DNA from: Patescibacteria group bacterium
GTDB taxonomy: Bacteria; Patescibacteriota; Patescibacteriia; UBA10025; JAHIVO01
Reading direction: 5' to 3'
DNA: 64,000 bases
NCBI GenBank assembly: GCA_041660605.1
Contig: JBAZWB010000001.1
Coordinates: forward strand, 814,503-878,502
The notes under the pieces are model-generated. The model did no database searches and was not told where the DNA came from. It was given only the letters and a program-made list of their open reading frames with translations. Below are positions 18,208 through 27,266 of the stretch, piece after piece. The translations under genes and the position numbers were made by a program. How positions within the stretch are numbered: position 1 is the first letter of the stretch; each line of letters begins with the position of its first letter.

Positions 18208-18237
18208 TTGACAAATATAGCCTATTTTTACTATAAT
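18208..18237 (+). promoter_or_regulatory. Sigma70-type promoter for the giant gene 18298..23496
   Basis: Perfect consensus: TTGACA (18208-18213), 18-nt spacer, TATAAT (18232-18237). An SD AAGGAG lies at 18283-18288, 9 nt before the ATG at 18298. Confidence 0.55.
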
Positions 18238-18297
18238 TTCAGCACCAAAACAAAAAATTTATCAACCGAAACCCTAATAAATAAGGAGAAAACAACT

Positions 18298-21200
18298 ATG
18301 CATTTAATCAATGCGAAATCAGCCCGACATTACACCCCCTTGGTCGTAGCGGCGGTCTTTGTCGTGGGTTTAGTGAGTATTTTATTTATTCCGAAACCAG
18401 CATTTGCTGCGAGAAATCTAACAAACGCTACCGTTAATGACACAAATGCGGTAACAGTTGGCCCAAATGAATCCATAAATGTTTGGCTTGAGGTAACTAC
18501 AAGTAGAAATTTGAATAATCCAATGGACGAAAATGACTGGAAGTCAACAAGCTATAAAATCGGTAATAACGCGTGGGTATGCTTGGACACACCAGATCAT
18601 ACGGTTTCCGGGACATATTCTGAAACTTTTTCCATCACTGCGCCTGGAACAGCTGGTGTCTATAATTTTAAATTAAAAGCCTGGAAAAATGATGATTGTT
18701 CCCATGGGGCAAGCAATGAAAAAGTTATGAACAACGCAATAACCGTAGCTAATCCTGTTTGCGGTGACGGTGATATTAATCAAGCTTCCGAAGAATGCGA
18801 TGACGGAAATATAACGGGCGGCGATGGCTGTAGCTCTACCTGTACAATCGAACCTACCACCGGCACGCTCCGCCTGGTTAAAAATACTGTTGGTGGAGAT
18901 GATACTTTCTCCATTTTATGGACAACCTGTGATTTCAATGTTCTCCCCGGCTTCTGTATGACCGCGTTCCCAGTTTCGACCAGCTCAATCACGACAAGCG
19001 GTGGCACCAATTACATTGATTATGAAGTTCCTGCAGGCTGGTATACTGCCAGCGAGGACGACTCGACATTACCAGTCGGCTGGGTCCGTACAGATACATC
19101 ATGCGGCGGATTCAGTGGGCTGTACGTGGCCGCAGGCCAAACAACTACCTGCACAATTACTAATACTTACACTCCCCCATGCGGAAATGGGACAGTAGAT
19201 CCAGGTGAACAATGCGATGACTACAATAACCAAAACGGCGATGGGTGCGATGCAAATTGTAACATTGAAATACCCGACCAGGATGCCGACGGCATTTCTG
19301 ATTCTTCTGATAATTGCCCAAAAGTTGCCAATCCAGACCAGGCAGACAGAGATAATGACGGCATAGGAGATTATTGCGATAATTGCCAATCTATATCTAA
19401 TGCCGATCAGGCTGATAACGACGGTGATTATTACGGTAATGTTTGTGATAATTGCCAAAATGTGTACAACCAGACTCAGGCTGATTCTGATAACGATGGC
19501 GTTGGTGATTCCTGCGATAATTGCCCTACAATGACGAATCCAGATCAATCAGAATCTGACGGAGATAAAATCGGTAATACCTGCGATAATTGCCCCCTGG
19601 CATTCAATCCTGATCAGGCTGATGCGAATGGAAACGGAGTTGGTAATGCTTGTGATATTGTTTGCGGTAACTATGTCGTAGAACCCGGCGAACAATGTGA
19701 CGACGGGAATATTCAAAATGGCGATGGCTGCAGCGCCACTTGCACCATAGAACTGCCCGATCAGGATCATGATGGTATTTCTGATGCTTCTGATAATTGT
19801 CGCTATGTAGCCAATCCCGACCAGGTGGATACTGATGCGGACGGTCTCGGTGATTATTGCGACAATTGCAAAATGATTCCAAATGATGACCAGGCAGACA
19901 GTGATGGAGATTTAATAGGAGAAGTATGCGATAACTGCGCGTATACTGCCAATAGTGACCAGTCGGATGATGACGTTGATGGCCTGGGCAATGCCTGCGA
20001 TAACTATAACTGTATTATTACCGGGGCAGAAGATTGCAATTACGGGTATGATAATGATTGCGATGGATTTGTTGATTGTGCCGATAGTGATTGTAACGAT
20101 GATCCGATCTGCCAGCCAATCGTTTGCGGCAACGGTATTACCGAAACCGGAGAGCAATGCGATGACGGTAACACCACAAATATTGATGGCTGTTCTTCAA
20201 CCTGCCAAACAGAAAATGTTTGCACTCCAGGCTGCTACTCTGTCTGGGTCGGAGATCAATACTGTGATGAATCATGCAATAATGCCTCATGCAATTGGGA
20301 TGGCGGCGACTGCGGTCCAACCTGCGGCAATGATATTACCGAAACTCCGGAGGAATGCGACGGAAACTCACAATCGTGTACAACCGCCCAAGGATACGCC
20401 GGTTCGCAAAATTGTAATATGCCAATTAGAGATGCCTTCACAATAACATCTGCTGTACAAAGTTATTGCACCTGGAACCCCTGCATTACCCAGGAATTCT
20501 GTGGTGATAATACTATAAACGGTACGGAACAATGCGACGATGGTAATACAGTTGATGGCGACGGTTGCAGTGCCGCTTGCACTACAGAAGCACCAACTTG
20601 CCCGAATCTATTCTTCTCTGAATACATTGAAGGCAACGGTAATAATAAAGCACTGGAAATTTATAACCCGACCGCCAGCGGCGTAAATCTGAACGGTTAT
20701 GCTGTGGTGATTTATTCCAATGGCTCAACCACCCCCAGCCAAACAATTGCGCTTTCAAATACCACTTTGGGAACGGGTAATGTATATGTACTTGCTCATC
20801 CTGCTGCGGATGCGGGTATAACAAGCCACGCTAACCAACTTTCTGGCAATATAACTTTTAATGGAGACGATGCAGTTATTCTGAAAAATGGGTCAACAAT
20901 AATTGATGCTATCGGCCGAATCGGCTATCAACCAGGCTCTGGTGAATGGGGAACCGGCCTTACCAGCACAAAAGATAATACTCTGGTCAGAAAATGCGGA
21001 ATCAGTTGTGGTGATATGAATGGATCTGATTCATTCAATCCTGCTACTGAATGGGACGGCTATGCAATCAATACATATTCCTACTTAGGCTCGCATACTC
21101 TGGCATGCCCTGTCTGTGGTGACGATATATTAAACGGTGATACTGAACAGTGCGACGATGGGAATCTGGTTGATGGCGACGGTTGCTCAGCAAAATGTAC

Positions 21201-23496
21201 CTGGGAACCAGCCACCATTAATGCACAAAAGATTGTTTGCAATGATGAATCTTTACTGCCAAATTGGGGAACGGGTGGCCCAGATATCACCTCTTCAACA
21301 GCCGCTGACTATGTTGCCAGCCATGAGGGTTGCCGCTTAGTTGACTGGACTTTTCAATGGAGACCAGATGGAACAAATCCATACAACCCGGGAGATAATA
21401 CTGGCGAGGCAAGTGGTGCATGGTCAACTCCATTCAGCGCTTCAGCTGACATTTCCACAGATATCTCAAAAGTCTGGCTGCGCGAAGTGTGGAATTCTGA
21501 ATATATTCCCTTTACCTATGAATCGGCAGATGGAAATTTAAATAATGTAAGTGCAGAATTTTACTGCAACGCAGATGTGTTAAATTACGATAACTTAGAA
21601 TGGATAAATACCCAGCCTGGCCAGGAATATTACTGCGTAGGATTTAATGCACTCGCGGCTCGCTGCGGCGATGGCACTGTAAATCAGGAATCCGAACAAT
21701 GCGATGGTGATGCGGATAAAGCATGCACCACGCCTGATGGCTACGCTGGCACCCAAACCTGCAATATGCCTATCAAAGGCGACTTCGTAGCTGTTTTTAG
21801 GATAGAAAATTCCTGCACCTGGAACCCTTGCGATCCGACTGAGTTCTGCGGCGACGGGATCGTGAACGGCACTGAAGAGTGTGACGGAGATGCCGGCATT
21901 ACCGGCGAAGAGTTCTGCTCAGACTCATGCACCATTGAAACAACCAGCTTTGAACTCACAAAATCAGTCCTGGTAAATGGAGAACTGTCAAGCACCGCCA
22001 ATGAAGGTGATACGCTCACCTACACTATCACTGCAAAAAATACCGGCACTACTGACGAGTCTAATCTGGTCATTAAAGACACTACGCCGACCAATACGAC
22101 ATTGGTTCCTGGAGAACTAGGATATCAGGTCAATGGCGATGAATTAACCTGGGACGCATTCAACCTCGACGCAGGAGACACCCACGAAGTTACCTTCAAT
22201 GTGACCGTCAACGGCAGCTTACCAGAAGGAACCACGGAAATCACCAATGAAGCTACGCTTTGGCAGTTTGAGGGAGCCAACTTAGAGGTTGCATCCCCTG
22301 TCAGCTTTTTGCATAAGGTTTTGGGAATCAAAACTGCAAACGCACAAGCTGCTCCGTTGGTCTTGAGAGCTACTTCAAATTTAGTCCTGACCACTGTCGT
22401 AATTGGAGTCAAACCGTTTTGCGGCGACAATATGGTTAACCAGGAATTCGAGCAGTGCGACGGCACCGACGGTGTTGGAGAGCACCAGCAATGCAATGCC
22501 GATTGCCGTCTGGAAAATCTTCCTTATTGCGGCGATGGGATTAAGAACGGTACTGAGGAATGCGATACTACTGACGGAATTACCGGCGACCAGACCTGCT
22601 CAGAGACCTGCACCATCGTTGAGCCTGAACCAACGCTGAATCCAGTACTCTCAATCATTAAGTCAGTAGATAAAACAACTACCAATCCCGGCACAACGCT
22701 GGTTTACACAGTTACTGTTTCCAATTCCGGCAGTGTTGAGGCTACGGACGTAGTAATGACTGACGCTTTACCGGCCGGATTTACATTTGCTAATGCCGAC
22801 GGTAGTAATTCCGGTGATACGAATAAGACCTGGAATTTAGGCGACCTGGCTGCTGGTGGTGATACTACTGTTACTTATAACGTGTTGGTAGATTCAAATG
22901 CCGGATCTAGAATATATACAAACACTGCTACGGCTACTGCTAGTAACTTCACTGGTTCAGTCACTGCCAAGGCAGACGTTAACGTAATTATAACGAAAGT
23001 GCTCGGAGAAACTGCTTCGCAACTGACCATTACCAAAAAAGCTGATAAAGCCTTCACCAACCCGGCAGGCAGAATCACCTACACAGTTACCGTTACGAAT
23101 AATGGCGACGCGCCGGCTATGAACGCGGTACTGGTAGATAAATTACCCGCAGGATTGATCTATGCAGGTACCAAGGACCAAACTACGGCTACTTGGAAGC
23201 TTGGCGATATCGCACCGACAGAAACAATCACAAAGACATATCAAGCTACGGTGTTACCAAAAACAGAACCAGGTAAATACGTTAATACCGCTTCGGTTTC
23301 GGCTGACGATGTAGCCAAGATATCAGCTAATGCCACAGTAGAGGTGCGGAAAGTGGCAGTCCTGGGCGCGGAAACAGACGAAGATGCGGCTTTACCGGTA
23401 ACCGGTATGAACATTATTCAGTATCTCTACATTATCGGTGCCGGACTAGTGGTGATCTTCTCCGGTTGGGCTCTGAGACTGACGATTTCCAGATAA
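18298..23496 (+). CDS. Giant mosaic LPxTG-type surface protein: signal peptide, Myxococcus cysteine-rich repeats, thrombospondin type-3 Ca-binding repeats, an LNR-like repeat, a lamin-tail domain, DUF11 repeats, and a C-terminal LPVTG sorting signal
   Basis: Start MHLINAKSA...AFA (signal peptide); the ORF track's upstream extension from 18208 overlaps the promoter. Cysteine-rich repeats such as CGDGxINQxSEECDDGNxxxGDGCSxTC, about 12 copies. TSP3: DQDADGISDSSDNCPKVANPDQADRDNDGIGDYCDNC and similar. LNR-like: CYSVWVGDQYCDESCNNASCNWDGGDCG. Lamin-tail domain: FFSEYIEGNGNNKALEIYNPT...VILKNGSTIIDAIGRIG. DUF11 modules include LVYTVTVSNSGSVEATDVVMTDALPAGFTF. C-terminus LPVTGMNIIQYLYIIGAGLVVIFSGWALRL. 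Confidence 0.8.
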   Translation: MHLINAKSARHYTPLVVAAVFVVGLVSILFIPKPAFAARNLTNATVNDTNAVTVGPNESINVWLEVTTSRNLNNPMDENDWKSTSYKIGNNAWVCLDTPDHTVSGTYSETFSITAPGTAGVYNFKLKAWKNDDCSHGASNEKVMNNAITVANPVCGDGDINQASEECDDGNITGGDGCSSTCTIEPTTGTLRLVKNTVGGDDTFSILWTTCDFNVLPGFCMTAFPVSTSSITTSGGTNYIDYEVPAGWYTASEDDSTLPVGWVRTDTSCGGFSGLYVAAGQTTTCTITNTYTPPCGNGTVDPGEQCDDYNNQNGDGCDANCNIEIPDQDADGISDSSDNCPKVANPDQADRDNDGIGDYCDNCQSISNADQADNDGDYYGNVCDNCQNVYNQTQADSDNDGVGDSCDNCPTMTNPDQSESDGDKIGNTCDNCPLAFNPDQADANGNGVGNACDIVCGNYVVEPGEQCDDGNIQNGDGCSATCTIELPDQDHDGISDASDNCRYVANPDQVDTDADGLGDYCDNCKMIPNDDQADSDGDLIGEVCDNCAYTANSDQSDDDVDGLGNACDNYNCIITGAEDCNYGYDNDCDGFVDCADSDCNDDPICQPIVCGNGITETGEQCDDGNTTNIDGCSSTCQTENVCTPGCYSVWVGDQYCDESCNNASCNWDGGDCGPTCGNDITETPEECDGNSQSCTTAQGYAGSQNCNMPIRDAFTITSAVQSYCTWNPCITQEFCGDNTINGTEQCDDGNTVDGDGCSAACTTEAPTCPNLFFSEYIEGNGNNKALEIYNPTASGVNLNGYAVVIYSNGSTTPSQTIALSNTTLGTGNVYVLAHPAADAGITSHANQLSGNITFNGDDAVILKNGSTIIDAIGRIGYQPGSGEWGTGLTSTKDNTLVRKCGISCGDMNGSDSFNPATEWDGYAINTYSYLGSHTLACPVCGDDILNGDTEQCDDGNLVDGDGCSAKCTWEPATINAQKIVCNDESLLPNWGTGGPDITSSTAADYVASHEGCRLVDWTFQWRPDGTNPYNPGDNTGEASGAWSTPFSASADISTDISKVWLREVWNSEYIPFTYESADGNLNNVSAEFYCNADVLNYDNLEWINTQPGQEYYCVGFNALAARCGDGTVNQESEQCDGDADKACTTPDGYAGTQTCNMPIKGDFVAVFRIENSCTWNPCDPTEFCGDGIVNGTEECDGDAGITGEEFCSDSCTIETTSFELTKSVLVNGELSSTANEGDTLTYTITAKNTGTTDESNLVIKDTTPTNTTLVPGELGYQVNGDELTWDAFNLDAGDTHEVTFNVTVNGSLPEGTTEITNEATLWQFEGANLEVASPVSFLHKVLGIKTANAQAAPLVLRATSNLVLTTVVIGVKPFCGDNMVNQEFEQCDGTDGVGEHQQCNADCRLENLPYCGDGIKNGTEECDTTDGITGDQTCSETCTIVEPEPTLNPVLSIIKSVDKTTTNPGTTLVYTVTVSNSGSVEATDVVMTDALPAGFTFANADGSNSGDTNKTWNLGDLAAGGDTTVTYNVLVDSNAGSRIYTNTATATASNFTGSVTAKADVNVIITKVLGETASQLTITKKADKAFTNPAGRITYTVTVTNNGDAPAMNAVLVDKLPAGLIYAGTKDQTTATWKLGDIAPTETITKTYQATVLPKTEPGKYVNTASVSADDVAKISANATVEVRKVAVLGAETDEDAALPVTGMNIIQYLYIIGAGLVVIFSGWALRLTISR

Positions 23497-23513
23497 TTTC
23501 AGAAATTTCAATA

Positions 23514-23549
23514 CAAAAAGACCCTGCGGTTTTACCGAGGGTCTTTTTG
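23514..23549. terminator. Rho-independent terminator of gene 18298..23496, nearly identical to the terminator at 17863
   Basis: AAAAAGACCC-tgcggttttaccga-GGGTCTTTTT. Confidence 0.75.
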
Positions 23550-23626
23550 GTTTATCCGCTCTGTCACATCGACCGAAGTGGAGATGTCTCTAAGATAATT
23601 ACATACTACCTTTTTGGTATTTAAAA

Positions 23627-23956
23627 TTATCTTAAATATTCTAATATCTTTTCAATTACCCCTTCAATATTATTATAAACATCACTATTCATAAATCTTA
23701 AAAAACGTATGTTGAATTGTTCAATGTACTCCTGCCGTACCCGGTCATAAATCCGCGCCTCTTTATTGAAATGCGTTGGTCCGTCAACTTCTATGGCTAG
23801 TTTAATTTTTGGACAGTAAAAATCAATCACATATGGACCGACGCTGTACTGCCGACGGAATTTATAGCCGGACAGTCGTTTATCTTTAAGATAACGCCAA
23901 AGCACCACCTCAGCCCTTGGTGCTAAATTCCTTAAAGTCTGACGTCTTTTTTTCAT
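23627..23956 (-). CDS. DUF559 domain protein (Vsr-like very-short-patch-repair endonuclease fold)
   Basis: 109-aa core MKKRRQTL...YVIDFYCPKIKLAIEVDGPTHF...RFLRF, typical of DUF559. The ORF track extends it to 24199 across the repeat; the extension is not conserved as protein, so the start is placed at the internal ATG (23954-23956). Confidence 0.6.
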   Translation of the reverse strand: MKKRRQTLRNLAPRAEVVLWRYLKDKRLSGYKFRRQYSVGPYVIDFYCPKIKLAIEVDGPTHFNKEARIYDRVRQEYIEQFNIRFLRFMNSDVYNNIEGVIEKILEYLR

Positions 23957-24342
23957 TTTATGTTTGTTGAAGACAACTGTCATAGGTGCTGGTGGAGCTA
24001 CCTCCCTCTTAGCAAAGGTTATTGATTTAATCTTGCCTTTATGCGGCCCCTCCTTGGCAGGAGGGGTGGACTCCTCCCCAAATAGCATTGATGGTATTGC
24101 CGGCGTCTTTCTCCCCTCCTTGTTCAAGGAGGGGAAATGCCTCAGTGCCAGCAATAGCAGAATGATAGTGGTGAGGGGTGGTGTATTTAAGTGGCACAAC
24201 GCATAAAAACCTTCCGCGGATTGCCGGGGAAGGCTAACGTTTCAATAATATCACTTTTCAGCACCAAGTCAACTCAACCTCTGTAAATTTAAAAAACTAC
24301 ATTGACAGGTATCCCCTTTTTCCGCTAAACTAATACAATTTA

Positions 24343-24372
24343 TTGACAAACGGAGAAATAATTGGCTATAAT
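24343..24372 (+). promoter_or_regulatory. Sigma70-type promoter for the giant gene 24433..27024
   Basis: Perfect consensus: TTGACA (24343-24348), 18-nt spacer, TATAAT (24367-24372). Confidence 0.5.
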
Positions 24373-24432
24373 TGGTAGAGAAATAAAAACCTTTTATATA
24401 TTATTTTACAAATTATTAATCAAACAACGCAT

Positions 24433-27024
24433 ATGAAAATTAGTGTAAAAATGCCAAAAAGTCTTCGCATTTTAGTGCCGATAATGATTTTTAGCATGGC
24501 ACTAATATTTGCTCCAACTCTGGCAAAGGCAGCCACAACATACACAGTTGACGCTGACTTTGACCAAGGCTCACTTATTAATGTAGTGCATACGCCCAGC
24601 GATCAGCTCCAACTGACTGACCAGGTCGAAGCTTTTAACTTCATTTGGGTAGCCAATTCGGGCGAAGGCACAATTGTTAAAATTAATACGGATACCGGCG
24701 CTATCGTCGGCGAGTACCGTACTTCACCGAATGGCACCTATGGCAACCCCTCCCGCACCACCGTCGACAAAGATGGCAGTGTCTGGGTAGGAAACCGCCA
24801 AGCGGTCAGCGGTAACAATGCCGCTATTACCCACGTCGGCTTACTCGAGAACGGTCAGTGCGAAGACCGCAACGGTAACGGCATAATTGATACTTCGACC
24901 GGCTTGAATGATGTAAAGGACTGGACTGATGAGAGCGGAACTCGCGGGGTCGCTACTGCCCAGGACGAATGTATTGTCCATTTCACTCCAATTGAATCCT
25001 ATGATGCCAGGCATATTTCAGTCGACTCGGCAAATAACATCTGGGTCAGCGGTATCAGTAACCGCACTTTCTTCTATATTGTTGGCGGGAAATATAATAT
25101 ACCGAATTCCGGCACTATCGTACGGACTGAAACAGGCATCGGCTATGGCGGCTATGGCGGCTTAATTTCAGGTGATGTCATTTGGTCAGCCAATCCATTA
25201 CTTCGCTGGGATACCAACTACCCTCTATCAGATGCCGCACACCACACAACTTACAGCCATGACAGCTACGGACTCTGCGAAGACAGCCAGGGAAACGTCT
25301 GGAATACTTCCCTCTCTGGCGGTGTAATTAGGAAATTCAATCCGGCTGGTGATTTGCTAGGCACCTATTCTTACGGCGCTTCCAATGCCCAAGGCTGTGT
25401 CGTTGACGGCAATGACGACGTCTGGGTAGCTCACTCGCTGTGGGGTAACAGCGTTGGCCATTTATTAAACGACGGCACGCTCGTTGGTGTTATACCGGTC
25501 GGCAATGGTCCGACTGGAGTAGCGGTAGACCACAACGGCAAAATTTGGGTCACCCATTATTCTTCCCCCTATACAGTCAAAAGGATAGACCCAACGCTTG
25601 GTGATATCGGCGGTGGCGGTGCCACGATTGGTGCAGTCGATTATACTTCAGTTGATCTTGGTGGCAGCCTCTACAACTATTCTGATATGACTGGCAGCAC
25701 TCTTTCCGGAAAAGCCGAGAGTGGCACATGGACTGTTGTTTATGATTCCCAGGCTACCGGTCCTATCGGTGATAATATTTCCTGGACTGCTGATGTGCCG
25801 AATGACGGCAATTTAACCGTCTCCATAGCGCTCAGTGACGACGGTGCCACCTATGGTATTCCGGCAACTGTAACGAACGGCCAGGATATTTCAGCGTTAA
25901 GCGCCCGATATTATAAAATCACGGTCAGCTTTGAACGAGGCGGCCGGGGTGTTAGCCCGATACTTTATGACCTCTCCCTTTCTTCACCTTACTGCGGTGA
26001 CGGAATAGCGAATCAGGAAACTGAAGAGTGCGACGGCACCGACGGCGTTGGCGGGCACCAGCAATGCACCCGTAACTGTACACTAGAAAACCTCCCTTAC
26101 TGCGGTGACGGCATTAAAAATGCCAATGAACAATGCGACGGATCTGACGGAGTAAACGCCGGCGAAGTTTGCACTGCGGAGTGTACAGTAACTGCAGTTG
26201 ATGCCAACGGACCAATCCTGACAATTACCAAAACAGTGCGGGATTCTAAGGTGGCTCCAACCGGAACCGCCACTTACACGGTTACGGTTACCAATACCGG
26301 TGCAGCCACGGCGGAAAACGTCAAACTGCATGATATACTTCCTATAAATTTCACTTTTGCTGATAATGGCATCGGCACCCACGACTGGGATCTAGGCGAT
26401 TTAACAGCCAATGAATCAACTACGGTTAGCTATGTTGTAAATATCAGCGAGAATGCCAACCAAGGTACTTATGAAAACATTGCTGTTGCCTCAGCCGACA
26501 ATTATGGAAATGTTTCCACCAAAGTGCCGGTACAGATAGAGTTTAAGACGATTGGGAAAAAAGCACCGTCATTAACCATCACCAAGACAGCAGATAAAAG
26601 CCTGGCTAATCCCGCCAGTACGGTCGGATATACTGTTACTATTGCCAATAATGGCGATGCTCCGGCGTTTAATGTTGTTTTGAAGGACACACTGCCAGCC
26701 GGTTTTGTTTTTGACGATGGCGCTACAACGAGAACCTGGACATTGGGCGATCTGGCACCGACAGAGAAAAAAATTATCACCTACTTTGCCAAAGTTGATG
26801 CCAGTGCTGCTGCGGCTATCTATGATAATGTCGCCGTTGTTACAGCGGATAATGTAGATGATATTTCTGCCGTGGCAACGGTGGAAGTCCGCACCGTACA
26901 GGTATTAGGCGCGGAAACTGATCCGGAAGCAGTATTACCGGTTACCGGCGGTGGATTCGAAATAACTTTATTAGTTGCATTTACATTAATCAGTGCCGGG
27001 GCTTTATTGATCGTTAAGCGCTAA
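24433..27024 (+). CDS. Large LPxTG-type surface protein: signal peptide, beta-propeller-like repeats, Myxococcus cysteine-rich repeats, DUF11 repeats, and a C-terminal LPVTGG sorting signal
   Basis: Propeller-like repeats DGSVWVGN, NNIWVSG, GNVWNTS, DDVWVAHS, GKIWVTH. Cysteine-rich repeats CGDGIANQETEECDGTDGVGGHQQCTRNC and CGDGIKNANEQCDGSDG...CTAEC. DUF11 modules TATYTVTVTNTGAATAENVKLHDILPINFTF and TVGYTVTIANNGDAPAFNVVLKDTLPAGFVF. C-terminus QVLGAETDPEAVLPVTGGGFEITLLVAFTLISAGALLIVKR. Confidence 0.8.
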   Translation: MKISVKMPKSLRILVPIMIFSMALIFAPTLAKAATTYTVDADFDQGSLINVVHTPSDQLQLTDQVEAFNFIWVANSGEGTIVKINTDTGAIVGEYRTSPNGTYGNPSRTTVDKDGSVWVGNRQAVSGNNAAITHVGLLENGQCEDRNGNGIIDTSTGLNDVKDWTDESGTRGVATAQDECIVHFTPIESYDARHISVDSANNIWVSGISNRTFFYIVGGKYNIPNSGTIVRTETGIGYGGYGGLISGDVIWSANPLLRWDTNYPLSDAAHHTTYSHDSYGLCEDSQGNVWNTSLSGGVIRKFNPAGDLLGTYSYGASNAQGCVVDGNDDVWVAHSLWGNSVGHLLNDGTLVGVIPVGNGPTGVAVDHNGKIWVTHYSSPYTVKRIDPTLGDIGGGGATIGAVDYTSVDLGGSLYNYSDMTGSTLSGKAESGTWTVVYDSQATGPIGDNISWTADVPNDGNLTVSIALSDDGATYGIPATVTNGQDISALSARYYKITVSFERGGRGVSPILYDLSLSSPYCGDGIANQETEECDGTDGVGGHQQCTRNCTLENLPYCGDGIKNANEQCDGSDGVNAGEVCTAECTVTAVDANGPILTITKTVRDSKVAPTGTATYTVTVTNTGAATAENVKLHDILPINFTFADNGIGTHDWDLGDLTANESTTVSYVVNISENANQGTYENIAVASADNYGNVSTKVPVQIEFKTIGKKAPSLTITKTADKSLANPASTVGYTVTIANNGDAPAFNVVLKDTLPAGFVFDDGATTRTWTLGDLAPTEKKIITYFAKVDASAAAAIYDNVAVVTADNVDDISAVATVEVRTVQVLGAETDPEAVLPVTGGGFEITLLVAFTLISAGALLIVKR

Positions 27025-27052
27025 AATCATTATTCAATTCAAATAATCAAAG

Positions 27053-27096
27053 ACCGCGGTTAGCACAGGTTATTCAAACCACTACCGCGGTTTTTG
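27053..27096 (+). terminator. Rho-independent terminator of gene 24433..27024
   Basis: AAAGACCGCGGT-(23-nt loop)-ACCGCGGTTTTTGT. The stem sequence is related to the GACCC/GCGG terminators of the two upstream giant genes. Confidence 0.6.
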
Positions 27097-27266
27097 TATT
27101 TGTTCTATAATTGAAAAATCATTTCCCGCAATAAACGATGATCTATATAATAAAAACTTGCCTTACTTCGTCAAATAAACGCGCCTCTTGACAAAACCCT
27201 GCTACTATGGTAAACTTGCCTGTTCTGAAAAAAATCTGATATAATTATTCTATAATTATAAATACG

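Larger units (their letters stand above)
23514..24190. repeat. Structured intergenic repeat, copy B, interrupted by an insertion of about 435 bp that carries a DUF559 gene
   Basis: 23514..23574 matches 17863..17920 and 24009..24190 matches 17943..18128. The intervening 23575..24008 has no counterpart in copy A. Confidence 0.7.

Noticed and set aside
19099-20446. Multiple antisense or out-of-frame ORFs inside the giant genes (for example 19099..19548-, 19955..20446+, 14748..15155-, 9760..10185-)
   Set aside because: They lie entirely within long, well-supported coding regions on the opposite strand or frame and have repetitive, low-complexity translations. These are shadow ORFs of repeat-rich genes.
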